Origin: Chrysomallon squamiferum
Taxonomy: Eukaryota > Animalia > Mollusca
Direction of reading: 5' to 3'
DNA length: 64,000 nt
NCBI GenBank assembly: GCA_012295275.1
Contig: CM022679.1
Coordinates: forward strand, 1,550,001 to 1,614,000
A program made the position numbers and the translations under genes. Shown one piece after another: positions 1 through 14,755 of the stretch. The notes under the pieces are model-generated. The model ran no database searches. It saw only the letters and a program-made list of their open reading frames with translations, and had not been told where the DNA came from. Position 1 is the first letter of the stretch; each line of letters opens with the position of its first letter.

Positions 1-568
1 CTTGATTCTCTCTTCATTATTAATTTAGAAACAGAAAAACCACATTTATTGCAAATAATTTTCTATTTGAGTCTTACAAACAAGTAAGATTTACGTGAAA
101 TTAAAAATTAATGTGTCTTTTCTATTTCTACGTAAAAGGTTATTTAGACAAAATGAGAGAATTGTCTTTTGATTAGTTTATACAATAGCGCTGTGACATT
201 CGTTTGACATTTGAGGTTATTGAAATAGGGTTTTTAAAGTTTAATAAGATTAGATTTTGCTAAAGTTAGAGAAATGTCTTAACGAGTATGTTAATGACAG
301 AAACGTGTGGGTGAATCAAGCACTCACAGTAAGAAATAGCGAAATATACCTTTATAATTATATTATATTATATTATATTATATTATATTATATTATATTA
401 TATTATATAAATAAAAGAAATAGTTTATAAACAAATACATGTATGTATATATGCATTCTCTGACTTGTGTGTCCTCTGCACATAAACAACATTTAAGAAC
501 GCACTGGCACAGAGGACAAAGTCCAATCACGACCTCACAAACTTCGTAGATGCCGCTGACAAGATTTG

Positions 569-571
<3 letters not shown>

Positions 572-654
<83 letters not shown>
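572..654. repeat. (AG)n microsatellite
   Basis: Directly visible. Confidence 0.97.
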
Positions 655-656
<2 letters not shown>

Positions 657-1248
657 ACAAACAACCTGCGACACGTGTTATATTGACATCTAATAACGTT
701 ACTAATGACAGTGTGATGTGAGTGTAAATATCCATTAATCACGTAGATCGATGCACACACTCATTATTTAATACCAGCGTTTCCTTTCACATCTGTAACC
801 TCGTTTTCACCGAGATGGGAGAGAGCATTTCCAAGTCGCATCACACATAATTTGATCTATCGTAATTCACAATTACATATCAGGTAGACTATTTTATATA
901 ATATTTCAGGTATAATTACAAAATCTGACATGTCACACAAAGTAACGAGGCGAGTGAAATCTCAGGATTTAAACACTGGCATCAGTCGTGGGTGCTCGAA
1001 AGATCAACAACTGTTATCACCCCAGTTCAGATATATCCCAGTCCGGTTTGTGCCCTGCCATTATTATACTGTCCACAGGAAAGATGAGATAAAGGATTTA
1101 TTACTGCTAGTCAAAAATCGTAACTCCCAGAATTCTATGAGTGGGTTTAATCTTTAGGGTCTTGCCTTGGCTGTTATGAATAATCCGTATAATAATAGAC
1201 TTCTTCATTAAACCATTTGGTATGTTATGTGCGTGTATGTATGTGTGC

Positions 1249-1281
<33 letters not shown>

Positions 1282-1974
1282 TGTGTAATTGTTTTTGTGT
1301 ATTACTGACAACATGATCAATAAGATAACTAATAATAATAACAATAATAATAATAACAACAACAACATCGACAACAACAATAACGGTACTCGTATTAAAG
1401 ATAACAGTCATAAAATGAGCTAAAACAAATTTTTTTAGGAACAACAGAAATAAGTAAAACCAAATAAATACGAAATTATTTTTGAATAAATAATTATTTT
1501 TATTAATTAACAGGCATGTCGCGTTCATTTCTCACCCAGGCAAGTTTATTTAAATACAAAACATTTCACTCGTATTTTCGCAAGAGACTGTTAACATTAA
1601 AACGCACTTAATTAAAACGTTGTTGCATGACGAGTCAATATGTTACTTTTAGTTATTTGCGTCTGCCCGAACTTTAAACAGACGTTTTCACAGTTTGCTT
1701 TAAAGATTTAAAAACTCTTTTCTGCTTATAATATTTATCTATGAATATTGCGTTTTTGAATTGAATCATATTTTTTTTTTAATTGACGTTGTTTTACAAA
1801 AACATGTTTTCTTGACTTCATTTTACTTCTGTATTTACTTGATGCGTTTCGAACTTAACGACACTGTTAATTGATTTTTGAATAAACCTGTCTATAATTA
1901 ATGAAGAGTAAGTGAGGAGCTTGGTTGACGTGTGAAGTAAAAGAACTGATTTGTAATGTCTGCTACCTGAACGT

Positions 1975-2115
1975 TATTATCACGTGATGTCTCGTCACGT
2001 AATATTTCGTAACGTAGCATTTCATCACGTAATATTTTATCATGTATTATTTCATCACGTAATATATCATCATGTGATATTTCTTCACGCAGTATTTCAT
2101 CACGTACTCATCATG
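1975..2115. repeat. Degenerate ~18-bp tandem repeat (TCATCACGTAATATTT-like)
   Basis: About 7 visible copies of tcacgt/tcatgt followed by atattt. Confidence 0.75.
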
Positions 2116-2234
2116 TATAATTAAAAACCGGGTTGGGACTGGTTAGGTTAATTTCTGTAAGTTTTATCTGTTTGTCTGTCTGTTGTTGTTTCTTTTTTCT
2201 TCTTCTTGTTTTCTTTTCTGCTCACTGTTTTTGT

Positions 2235-2266
<32 letters not shown>

Positions 2267-3619
2267 TATTATGTTGTTGTTCTGTTATTGTTTGATTTTT
2301 GTTTTGTTTTGTTTCGTTTTTTTTGAAGTTTATAGTTTTATGTTTTTATTATTAACCACACAAGCAGATTAAGAACAAAAAAAAAACACAGACTACAAAA
2401 TCCGATCTGTTTTGTAAAAACACGGGGGGAAAGCTAACAATATTCGACTCGTCTGTACTGGTAATTAGAATAACGAAACACAATCATCTGCACACTAGAG
2501 AAGAAACCCCTCGTCACCAAAGGCTATCCTTTTCAATTAAAGAAACATAAAGACGATCTGATGGACCGAGGACGTTATCAACGTGCCTGTGTTGACATCA
2601 GTTACTTCCATCTCAATTAGCGCTTATGAGTTTTCTCCAAACATCGGCGGTGTGGACGTCAGACACAAGTGTCTCCTTCAGCTCCATCAAACTCAATTTG
2701 CTTTATGCTCTCAGCGGATCCGGGCCAAGATAATGTCTTAAACCGAGTCGCATAACAAGAACCGCTCAACGTACAACGAAAATAGATCTTTAGTTTTTAA
2801 TAAACTGGTCGTTTTCTCGCTCTAATATCACCGCAGATTGAACCAGCGACAACAGCGAGTTTCCGTGACGTCGTCGCTGATGTGAAAACGATTGCATGTC
2901 GTAATGAGTTTGCGGCTGTACGGTGCGGCTGAGAAACAAGGCAATGCAGGGTTTGCTAAGACCAGCGTAATGCGGTGTGCTGAAATATCACTGCAGTCGT
3001 AAGTCAGAGGAACGAGGCCATCGGTTACATTTCGTTAATTAGTGTAATAAAACGTATTGGTAAATTATGATAATGTGACGTATTTCAATTTGTACGACGT
3101 AAGTTTTTGTGTATTACAGTGTTCATTTTAATAAGAGTAATATATATATTAGTAAATTATTATAATAGGAAGTGTTTTAAATTAGCATTACATGCTCTTA
3201 AATGAGGATATGTTTGAATTAAAGTATTTTCTGTAATGAATAAGTAACACAGTATTTAAACAAGTCAAACTGCGACCCGCGGTGCTTTCTGAGCGGTCCG
3301 CCTAATTTCATGAGTTGTTTTACCTTTCTTCATCAAAAATCATGACATGCTAGTGTGAAATATATAATAATAATAATAATAAAAATTCTCAATCAATAAA
3401 CAGTAATTAATTTGTTGTATATGTGAGAAAAGATGTAAAATATAAATTTAATTTAATTTTCTAATTTTATTATTATTATTGTTGTTGTCGTTGTCGTTGT
3501 CGTTAGTAGTTGTAGTAGTAGTAGTAGCAGTAGTAGTAGTAGTAATAGCAGTAGTAACAGTAGCAGCAGCAGTAGTAATAATAGTTATTTATTGGTATTA
3601 TTATTACCGCTACTACTAT

Positions 3620-3671
<52 letters not shown>

Positions 3672-4145
3672 GTTACTACTCCTCCTACTATTACTCCTAG
3701 CCCTATAGCTAAATAAAAATGTATGATTATATCAAACTGCACAGAACATCGTGCATGCATCTGGATGTAATTGCCATTTTTTGGGGAAAACATATTTCAT
3801 TTTAATGCGGAGTTTTCCTTACAATACGAGAGACAACATTTCTCTCACCCTGGTGTTAACACTGCGGTCCTCTGGGACTGAAATGAAAGCTGCAATTTAA
3901 GCTACAAGCTATGTCTGTGACAGGCGGACAAAACCTCGGAGCTTCATGTGCAGTGTTTGTTAATTCAAACAGATGAGCTTTCTTGGACTAATATTTTTCT
4001 CACTTAAAACTGTTTTTATTCCAAACAAAATGTTTTGTGTAATCGAATACGACAGGGAAATGAGTCAGAAAACTGATTATAATCCCTTTTTTTTTTTTTT
4101 TCTTCTTTTTATGTTCACAGTTTTTCGTACTGTTGAGGATTAGTT

Positions 4146-4326
<181 letters not shown>

Positions 4327-5876
4327 CTGAATTGCTTAATCAATTTGATTGACAGATTTACTGAAAATATTATAAAGCACAAAATACAAAAACAAACGAT
4401 CGGACAGATATAAAACTTTACGCCCTAACAAACGATTTGTGACAGTGTCTAGATCGACTTACGGAAAGGTACTGTGGTAAAAAGGAAACAAACACTTCAC
4501 ATATCACTGTCTTTACTGTCAGTAAAAAGCTATATATAACTCTGATACAAGCGCAAACACATTTATCAGTATGCTGTTACGAATGCGGAGATGATCTGTT
4601 ATTGTAGCGTATTGACAGGCAGTGAAGTGTTTTGAAAATTGCATGTTTTCTTTTGGAAGCTCTCTCGTCTTGTTTAGTACTGACTAATTCAATTTTGTCT
4701 TCAGCAACAGCTTTCTGGTGTAACAACCCTCAACACACTGGTCGCGAATATGAAAAATGAAAGCTTCTGATGAAAACAGGCTTTCGTGTGGTTAATTCTT
4801 TTGTTTGAGACTCTGCAGTCAGAAGACAGGACTGTTAATGGATTCAGTTTTTTAGTTTGACAGCTGCCTGCTGACACAACCAAGAGACAGGCTTCCCACT
4901 TTGTTTTAATTCTCACTTCCACACTTTCTAATTTTTCATCTCACCAGGACAATTATCAACACTTCTGCTACCACTAAAACGTTTACTTCAACTTACGACT
5001 ACTACCGCTACTATTACTAGTACTATTACAACTACCATTACTAGTATTACTACCACTACTCCACTATTACAACTACCATCATTACTACTACTACCACTAC
5101 TATACTACTACTACTACAACTACTACCACTACTATACTACTACTACAAACACTACTACTGTCATTAATAAAAATAATAATAAAACATCTTTACGACTGCT
5201 TTTTCTATAACTGTGCCAATTACTGCAGCCATTACTACCATGACAACTGTCATTTTCAGTGAAGTATCTAATGCATATCAATTACTGGTACTGTTATTGC
5301 CATTTTACTGCCACTACTGCAACTACAACAACATTTGTACTATTATTATATTTTACAACCATTATTATCATTAAACGTACGTATATTTACATGAATAATT
5401 AAACCTACATATAATACATACATACATACATATACATTTAAGAAGATGTAGTGCTAATGTGTATATATATATATATGCCCGTGATTGTACGTATATTATA
5501 AGTAGATTTAATTATTTATCCATATATTTCAAAGCACATTAACGTAATGTGTGATGGTTTGATTCACGTTTCACCCTTCTGAATATTTTGCCAATACGTC
5601 TTCAGGTTTTTTTTTCGCCGCCATGATGAACTGATAATGTAGAAAATTAGATAAAACTCTCTTCATCAGGTAGAGCCCGGGGCGCTATTAGATAACCTCT
5701 CCATCTTGTGTAATGACAGAGAGAAGCCAGTGACAAATATAGTCCAAGACACCCACTAATATACGTGTTACAGGCTGGATTTAAACACAGAACACAAACA
5801 CAAGCACAGGTGCTGTACACACTGGTTGAAACCAGCAACATAACAAACTGATCTGAAATACTGCAGTGAGATAAAC

Positions 5877-5908
<32 letters not shown>

Positions 5909-6181
5909 TATAATTATAATAATAATACAAAATAAATAAATAATTCAAATTAAAGATAAATTACAGAAGTTAAAAATAAATATATATAATATATGTCCAT
6001 TTTCGAATATTCAAATGTACACATAAATAATACATATGTGAAACTACAACATGCATGCACGCATATGAGGATGTGAAGTTAAAATTATTTTTTATGAAAG
6101 GAAAAGCGCAGCTGTTTCTTCTTTTTCTTACATCCGCTGAAAACATGATTTTAAATTATTTTATTTGTCTTTTAAATCGAA

Positions 6182-6212
<31 letters not shown>

Positions 6213-7405
6213 CACAGAAAAAGAAAAAACAGGAAGAAACATAATCTTCATATTTGATTGAAAGATTTAATCAATGGGTGACATTTTATTTACAAAAATT
6301 ATAGATTTGTTCTTTAAATCTCTTGAAATTTGTTGCTCTGTTGGTTCTGTGTTTCAGTTTACGTTTTAAAACCAATTCGTCTCGCCAGCTGACGCGGGGT
6401 GTGTGTGTTTGACTGATTAACAAACGCTGATAGCTGTCACAAACATCAAGGTGAGGACGAAACAACATCAGTCTGTGATGTGAGCTTTCTGTCAGACGTG
6501 GCTGGAACGAGGCTAATTTACGACAAAGCAGCGGGAAAACAACGCATCAACTTCTGAACGTGCTCGGCGGAACCGGAAGTACATTATTGATCAAAGACGT
6601 GCTACAATTCATAACACTTTCTACCTGAAGTTCTCGCTTTGCAGCGAAATTTATAGATTTAAATCTAAGAGAAACGGTAAAATCTTAATTTCTTCAATAA
6701 TAATAATAATAACGAAAAAAAAACAACAACAACAACAACAATAATAATAATAATAATTAAAACCCATTTCTACATATAACAGCTTTCAACATTTAAATAT
6801 TTTGTTAGACATTCGATCGTAAGATTTTGAGTAAGAAAAAAAAAAAAAAAAACATTATGGTTACCACAAAAAAGAATATTTTTAGATCCATTACAGAATT
6901 TTGTATTTCTTTGCTCTGTTTGTGCTAAAATTTTAAAATGTTCCGTAAACATCAACTGTTGCCATGGTTTCATGGTTCTCGTGAAAGAAGCTCCAATTTG
7001 TGATATTGTCAGCGATAATGTGTTGTTTTTTAACAGATATTTGGATTTAAAAAGTAAAGAAGTAACCCTGACATCCTGATATGAAGAACACGTAACAAGA
7101 TTAAATTGTACTGTGAATTAAAACATCGGTGTTTTAAGGCGTGTTCAAACATTACTGATTTTACAAACCTCATCACTTCGTTCTGCGGGTTTAACTTTGA
7201 TCAAAGGGCAAACAAAAGATTCCTCGTTGCTAATAGTGTGGGCACTTCTGGTTTTTTTTCTCATAATACAGTAATATAATCACGTGATTGATATACATGT
7301 TAAGATGTATGTTGTAAACAGAAACACAAAGAGACATACAGAGAACGATACAGACAGATGTAAGGAGACACAGATAAAAAGATATAAAGACAAAGATAGG
7401 ACAGT

Positions 7406-7467
<62 letters not shown>

Positions 7468-8159
7468 TTATAAATTATACAATGAATAAATTAATATTTG
7501 TTAGTATTATCGATTGACACAATATGTAGTTTTTTTTATGATAAATAATCAACAAAAAAATAAGAAGAGTTAATTACAGTTTAAAATCAGTGGAATATGA
7601 AATCGAAAACACATACATTAACAATGATGTCAATGACTTAAATAAAAAAATATATATTTAGAAAGAAAATGGCTTCTTAATGCCTTAAGGCTTTAAAGTG
7701 ACAAGCAGGAATATGTGAGAGGATAATGAACGGCTACACGGATAAATAATAAATGAACGCGTATTGAAAACCCTACACTGTCTAGATCATGCATTATTAT
7801 AGAAAAATTAATATTTAAAAACAACTAATGGCGACAGAGGATGACAAATTGAAAGTAGCTGAAGAGGAAAACGGTAATAAAGATACAGAGAACGTACAGC
7901 AGATGTTTAGACCGACAGACCGACAGACAATTCTGTCAGTTTAATCTGATAAACAGATTCATAAAGAGACAGCCATAGATATATCTGTGTAGTTAGAGCT
8001 GACATGAGCAGTCAGTGTGGCGCAGACAGAGATGTAAATAATGATGGTATAAGTAATTCATATCGTATTAGTAAATGTGCTGTAATATGTACGTAGCGTA
8101 ATAGAAAAATATTTGATTTGCTGTTAATTTATTATTCTTAATATCAGTAGTAGAATCAA

Positions 8160-9030
8160 CGTATTAATGAATATGACGTTGTGTTAATGTATTAATATAG
8201 TTATATAGTATTAAAACATGTTGTACAGTATTAATACACATTATATAGTATTAATGTACAATTAGTGTTAATATGTGAAATTTTATTAATATATGTCATA
8301 AAGCATTAATATGTGTTATAGTATTAATGTACACGATATAGTATTAATATATATGATTCAGTATTAATACGTTATATAGTAATACAATACGTGATATAGT
8401 ATCAATAGATATGACAGCATTAAAATGTATGATACAGTATCAATACACAAGATACAGTATTAATGTACGTGACACATTAATAATTTTATACGATATTAAT
8501 ACATATGATTTAGCAATAATGTTCGATTATTAATAGATGTAAAACAGTACTAACGTATGAGAAACAGTGTTAATATATATAGCATTGTATTAAATGTTTA
8601 ATATCTTAAATCAGTATAACTATATGATAAATATAATATTGCATAAATGCAATTCGTATTCGTGGTATTTCAGTACGTGATAACGTAGTACTAATACGAA
8701 ATGCGAGGTTCATAGATACGTGATTAATAAAGGTACATAACATTAACATCTCCTGATACACTATTAATATATATGATATTGTATCAAATACTATAAATAT
8801 GTTATTAATACTTTAAATTCACTATTAATATATTTATAATATAATTATAATACCGCGATTAATATAAACTACGTAATATTAATATAGGTAACAACAGATA
8901 GTTTATTTACGTGATATAGTATTAATTTACATGATAATATATATTAATATATGTGATTATAGTATTAATATATGTGATAACACAATGTTAATTTTCGTGA
9001 TACACTATTTACTTGATATAGTATTAATAC
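8160..9030. repeat. Highly degenerate AT-rich ~20-bp satellite (AGTATTAATA...GTGAT) at the start of GPCR intron 1
   Basis: Recurrent gtattaata and acgtgata motifs throughout the block. Confidence 0.7.
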
Positions 9031-9061
9031 ATGTCACGTGACCTATCCTGACAGTACTCAC

Positions 9062-9437
9062 CATGAGCTAGCGAGTTGATACGACAGAAGAACGCTCCCA
9101 GGCACCACCCTTCCGTGACGTTGTCGACCATGTGTACCCAAGTGCACGACAACGTCACCATCAGGTCCGCTACTCCCAGGTTGACGATGTAGTAATTAGT
9201 GGCCGTCCGCATTCGTTTGTTTCTGAAGACGACGATAATGAGGAGCACGTTGCCGATCAGCGAGGCGACGATGATGAAGCCGTACAGTATGACTTTGACT
9301 GCGATCTCCCAGGCCGGAAGTGACTTGAATTCCTCGGGATAGTCAGTCATATAATATTCGTCAAACTCAGGTTCGTAACTTACTCCCGTCGAGTTGGACA
9401 GGATCACGGTGACCGCTGGTCTGTGGTGGTAGTCCAT
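9062..9437 (-). CDS. First coding exon of a rhodopsin-class (class A) neuropeptide-receptor-like GPCR, covering the N-terminus and TM1 to the start of TM3; subtype not determinable
   Basis: ATG at 9437 gives MDYHH...NST...EIAVKVILYGFIIVASLIGNVLLIIVVFRNKRMRTATNYYIVNLGVADLMVTLSCTWVHMVDNVTEGWCLGAFFCRINSLAH. It has the TM1 GN, the ICL1 RMRT.TNY, the TM2 NL.VADL and the ECL1 W.LG.F.C motifs. A phase-1 donor G|GTGAGT follows 9062. No DRY-bearing next exon was found in 1-9060, so intron 1 is longer than 9 kb. Confidence 0.92.
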
Positions 9438-10238
9438 CGCTGGCCAAACGTCGACTGACCAGAGCTGCGATAAAAACCTCTACGTCCTCGGGTCCTCCTC
9501 TCAGACGCCAAATCTGTCGCCTTCTGGGTGTCGCTGTCAAATGTCAAACGTCGAGTTTATTTCAAGTTTTCTGCCTCAGAGTGCTAAGTTAACACAGATT
9601 TCAAACTGTTAACACAAGACACAGAAGCGATTTCGCAAGCCGCTAAGTGATCAGAGTTATGACAACCGCACAAACTCGCTGACCAATATGAAGAGCGGCT
9701 CGGTTCACACGACGCAGTCCGGCGTTTGATAACAGAGTGAGAAAGATCGTCTCTCTCCGTCACTCGTCGTTATGTAAGGCTTCATTAAACTAGCCACGCT
9801 ATAACGAGGATAGCAGTGTAGGACTTTATTTCGCCGTACGTGTGCTAGTTAATAAGAATCTAATAGCTGCTGTTTACAACCCGCACACCGAAAAAAAAAA
9901 AAACTCATCTGTCAAATCTGTCTCACTAGTTATTGCTTTTCCAATTTACAATCCAATACAGCTGTAAAATAAAAAAAAAAAAAAATTGTTTTTTGTTTTG
10001 TATGTGTCGAAAACAACGAAATAAAAAAGTGTAAAGAAATCAGTTTGTTGTGAAATTTATCTTGTTTTTTGATTCGCTTGATAAAGAAACAAACCAACAT
10101 GCTATTAATAACTGCTTTTGTTTCAGGTTAGTTTCTTATTATAAGATATTATAGAGGGAAAAAAGGCTTGTTTGTTTTGTTTGTTGTTTTGTTTGTTGTT
10201 TTTTTAATTGTTTATGTATGTATGTATGTATGTATGTA

Positions 10239-10281
<43 letters not shown>

Positions 10282-10494
10282 CTTTTTTCTCTGGTTTTTC
10301 GAAACTGCTTGGTTTCAGAGTGTAGCTGGATTGGCCTAAGGCAGCGCCTCAATCCAGCAAATTCTTGTGCGTTTTAACTAAGCCAATGAACAGTCTCATT
10401 GAATGACAGTTCTATTTAAAAGAAAATAATCCTCTGTTTGCTTTCTATCACAATAACATTTCACATCGATTACACGTTGGACTGCCTTTGTTGT

Positions 10495-11215
10495 ATTCAA
10501 CTATTTAATACATTATTACAGTAAATTGTTCAATACGTTACTGTAGTAAACTATTTAACACGTTACTGTAAAAAACTATTTCATACATAATTATAATAAA
10601 CTATTTAATAACTGATTATAGTAAATTATTTAGTATATGATTATAGTAGACCTTTTGATACGTGGTTATAGTAAATCGTTTAATACGTGACTGTAGTCAA
10701 CTATTTAATATGTGACTGTAGTAAACTATTTAATACGTGACTATAGTCAACTATTTAATATGTGACTGTAATAAACTATTTAATACGTGACTATAGTCAA
10801 CTGTTTAATATGTGACTGTAGTAAACTATTTAATACGTGACTATAGTAAACTATTCAATATGTGACTGTAGTAAACTATTTAATACGTGACTATAGTCAA
10901 CTATTTAATACGTGACTGTAGTAAACTATTTAATAGTGACTATAGTCAACTATTTAATACGTGACTGTAGTAAACTATTTAATAGTGACTATAGTCAACT
11001 ATTTAATACGTGACTATAGTCAACTTTAATATGTGACTGTAATAAACTATCTCAATACGTGACTGTAGTAAACTATTTAATACGTGACTATAGTCAACTT
11101 TAATATGTGACTGTAATAAACTATCTCAATACGTAATTCTAGTAAACTATTTATTACGTGATTATAATCAGTAATTTAATCTATGTTATAACAGTAAACT
11201 ATTTAACAGATGATT
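10495..11215 (+). repeat. 25-bp minisatellite CTATTTAATAYGTGACTRTAGTMAA with alternating 50-bp dimer structure; homogeneous core about 10676-11165
   Basis: Unit starts at 10701, 10726, 10751 and so on; the edges are degenerate. Confidence 0.92.
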
Positions 11216-11499
11216 CTGGTTAAAATTCATAAGGTGTAAAATTTGTTTAGATATTATAAATATTTGGTCTGTTTACTCTGTCGAATAACACAGATTATTG
11301 TGATTGCTACAAGTTATGACTTCTGACAACTGTAATGAACTGTTATCAAGACTGAGAACTGAACAGCGACTGTTAAACCTTCTGTCGCCTAGCATCACCT
11401 GTGAAGCATTTCGTACAAATCTCGTATTTTCTGTTGTTTACTACAATCACGTTTTAAATAACTGATTCTAATAACCTATCACAAAGTTGACCATAATCA

Positions 11500-11900
11500 C
11501 TTAATAAATAATTACTATTTACACACAGTTTTTGCAATAATTACGTATTACGTTGTTTATTATGATCACGTATTAACTACATTACTATAATTATCTAGTT
11601 TATTATCATCGTATTCGTTAGATTATTATATCTCTCGTATTAACTAATTTACTATAATTATCTAATTTATTATAATCACGAATTAGATACGTTACTGTAA
11701 TTATCTAGTTCATTGTAATCACGTATTTATTAGATTAGTATAAATCACGTATCAAATACGTTACTATAATTATCTAACTCATTAGAATCACGTGTTAATC
11801 ACATTGCTATAATTATCTGGTTTATTGAAATCATGTTTTATTGATTGCTGTTCTCAAGTATTACCATGTTTACTAAGATCGCGTATTAATAATCGCTGTA
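11500..11900 (-). repeat. Degenerate inverted copies of the same satellite family
   Basis: Recurrent TTTATTATAATCACGTATTAA-like units are the reverse complement of TTAATACGTGATTATAATAAA. Confidence 0.65.
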
Positions 11901-12968
11901 ATGACGTGTAACGGAGATTACTATTACCATGTTGGTTTATGGACAGATGTTTCCAACAGTGCGTAAACAAACTGATCAATAATGTGACTGCGACTTAACT
12001 GAAAACAATTTTCTATTAACTCTTCTTATTATCAGTCCATAGATTTGCTTGTAATTGAAAGAAAGCAACCGCGGCTTCTAAACTGGGAGACTGTAAAAAC
12101 AGATTCCTTTACAGCGCTTTGTTTTGAAACATGATTCGCGGGGCCGTCGTTAGAACGGGAAATTGCGTGACGTCAACACAGAGCAAGTTCTACTGTTTAT
12201 AATTTTTAAGGTAACCCATCACAACGAATTTGTTAGGGAGTTCTTGTAGGTTTTGCAAGAAAAATATTTAACATGGTTGTTTACAAGTGGGCTTAATACA
12301 TATACGTAAAAATACATATAAGTGTAAGGATTTAATTACAGATCTGTTTTAGTTTGCAAGAACGTGAATAGTGTGTAAAATATTTATTTATTTATTTATT
12401 TATTTATTTATTTGTTTGTTTGTTTGTTTATTTTTTATTTGTTTGTTTCTTTGTTTGATTGGATGCTTAACTTTTTGTTTCTTATTTTGTTTTAATTTTT
12501 TTTTTTTTTATCTGTTTCGTTTATTATTCGTTTACCTACTTACTTATTTACTTATATATTAATTAATTAACTTACTTAGTTATTTATTTAGTTTAAACAT
12601 TTATTTAATTACTGAAACAATTAATTTGATAAACACATCCTAATTTTTATCAAAAGAGACAAAAATATTATTTCCAATTTCTCTTTTGCTTACTTTTATT
12701 TTTATTTTTATTATTTATATTAAAATATTTGTTTATTCACAAACATTTTAACATTGCTAAAACAAACAAACAAACAAAATTAAATTAAATTAAATTAAAT
12801 TTAAAAAAAAATCAGAAATGTTAGTTCTAGTATAAACATATCTTACATTTTAAAATATAATTAGTCTACATGATGGGAAAAATGGAATGTTAATAAAATA
12901 AGAAGAAGAAGAACAACAACAACAACAATAAAATATAAATAAATAAACAAGCATGCAAACAAACACAT

Positions 12969-13016
<48 letters not shown>

Positions 13017-13997
13017 AAAAAATAAAAAATAAAAGAAATGTCACAGTGTAAAACTATGCAGACATTACAACAGCATTGTGTAACTGTTCTGATACAAATG
13101 ACATGATCAGCAGATTCTGTTTTCTGTAATTAACAACTCGAAAATCAAGTTTTGTGAGAGAAAGCCGATTTTGAAGTAAGAAATACATATTTATCTTTTT
13201 TTATTAGCTGTTACTAGTACTGTCTGGTTGAAGTGGGCTGAGATCGATACTCCTCAGTACACTGTTTGATCAGTTCCGTGTTCTAGTCAGTATTAGTGAT
13301 TTGATCTGTTTATGAGAAGGTCTATATAAGAGCTCACTTTGCTGCTAATGGAAACAATATATTGGGTTTTCTCTCAATTATCGGAATTTCTCAATATTTA
13401 ATTATAATAGAAAATTAACCACTGCATCTCGATGGCATTGTTAAATAATGCATAACATGTGTGCAGTTTCTCCTAACAGTTCTCTGTTCACTGACAGCTA
13501 AATGTTTACTCGGTCTTACAGTCATCGCTCGCACATTTACACTGAAATGAATGTAGTAATCACAAACCTGAACCCTTGATTTGTTGACTGAGTAACTAGC
13601 GCCATCTTGTTCGCTTTAAAATCAACAGCATTTGATGAATAAACAGTCCTTCAGTCATCTCAGAATTTTCGTATTGTTAGAGTCACTTTAACGTAATTTG
13701 TGTGTATCACATTTCTCACAGACTGACAGTGGTGAAACTGTGTTTGAATGAGTAGATAATGATAAAACAGATATATACACAAAATACACCTGGTACGGTA
13801 ACAAAAAAAAAGAAGGACCAGGAAACCATCTCTCGATGTCACGATCTCTGTAAATAATACAGTTCTGATTACTGTGTTGCGTTTGTAAGTGATACTCACA
13901 AAGAGGCTGGAAAGGAGAGGGAAATAAGATGAGAAAGAAACATTTGAAATTTATTTAGGTAAACAGGTAGAATGAAAGAAATACTATGTGTATGTGA

Positions 13998-14159
<162 letters not shown>

Positions 14160-14684
14160 AGAAAATATTAAAACATTTGCAGAGAGAGAAGAGAAAAAAA
14201 TCGGCGTCTTTACTATTTTATTTTTTCTGTGTTTTTTTTTTTTTTCAGAAATTTGTCATCACGTTCGACTTTGTGCAGTCGACTTTATTAATCAGGATCA
14301 TTTCGTTATGACCCAAGCTGTATTAATAATAAATTCTTTAATGTGAGGTTGGCAGAGGTGGTGAAAATTAATTTTCTTTAGATTTAAAAAAACAAAAGAA
14401 ATCTAAGATCAAACAAAACGTTAACACAGTAAAAGTAAAGAGTTAGTGTGAATTAAATTAAAAAGCTGTCAGCTCTCTAGTTTATCAGTCTGATTTATCT
14501 CCACTTGAAATGACAAGATTTGATTTAAATAATAATTATGTCACACCGTCATTTTCTTCATAGAAATGAAATTAAAATACAAAGAAAAAAATATGTTTTT
14601 AATATAGCTGCGACTCACCATCAAATTACATAGTTGGAAATGAAGAAAGAAAAAGTGAAATTATGAAATAATGAACGAAGACTG

Positions 14685-14755
<71 letters not shown>

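Noticed and set aside
4755-4790. Hairpin beginning ATGA with an A-rich loop, SECIS-like
   Set aside because: It lacks the 3' GA of the quartet and is not in the 3' UTR of any TGA-containing gene.
10676-11165. Regular short repeats that superficially resemble a CRISPR array (also 18676-18890, 46621-47087, 60355-60648)
   Set aside because: The units are head-to-tail with no unique spacers, there are no cas genes, and the context is eukaryotic: these are minisatellites.
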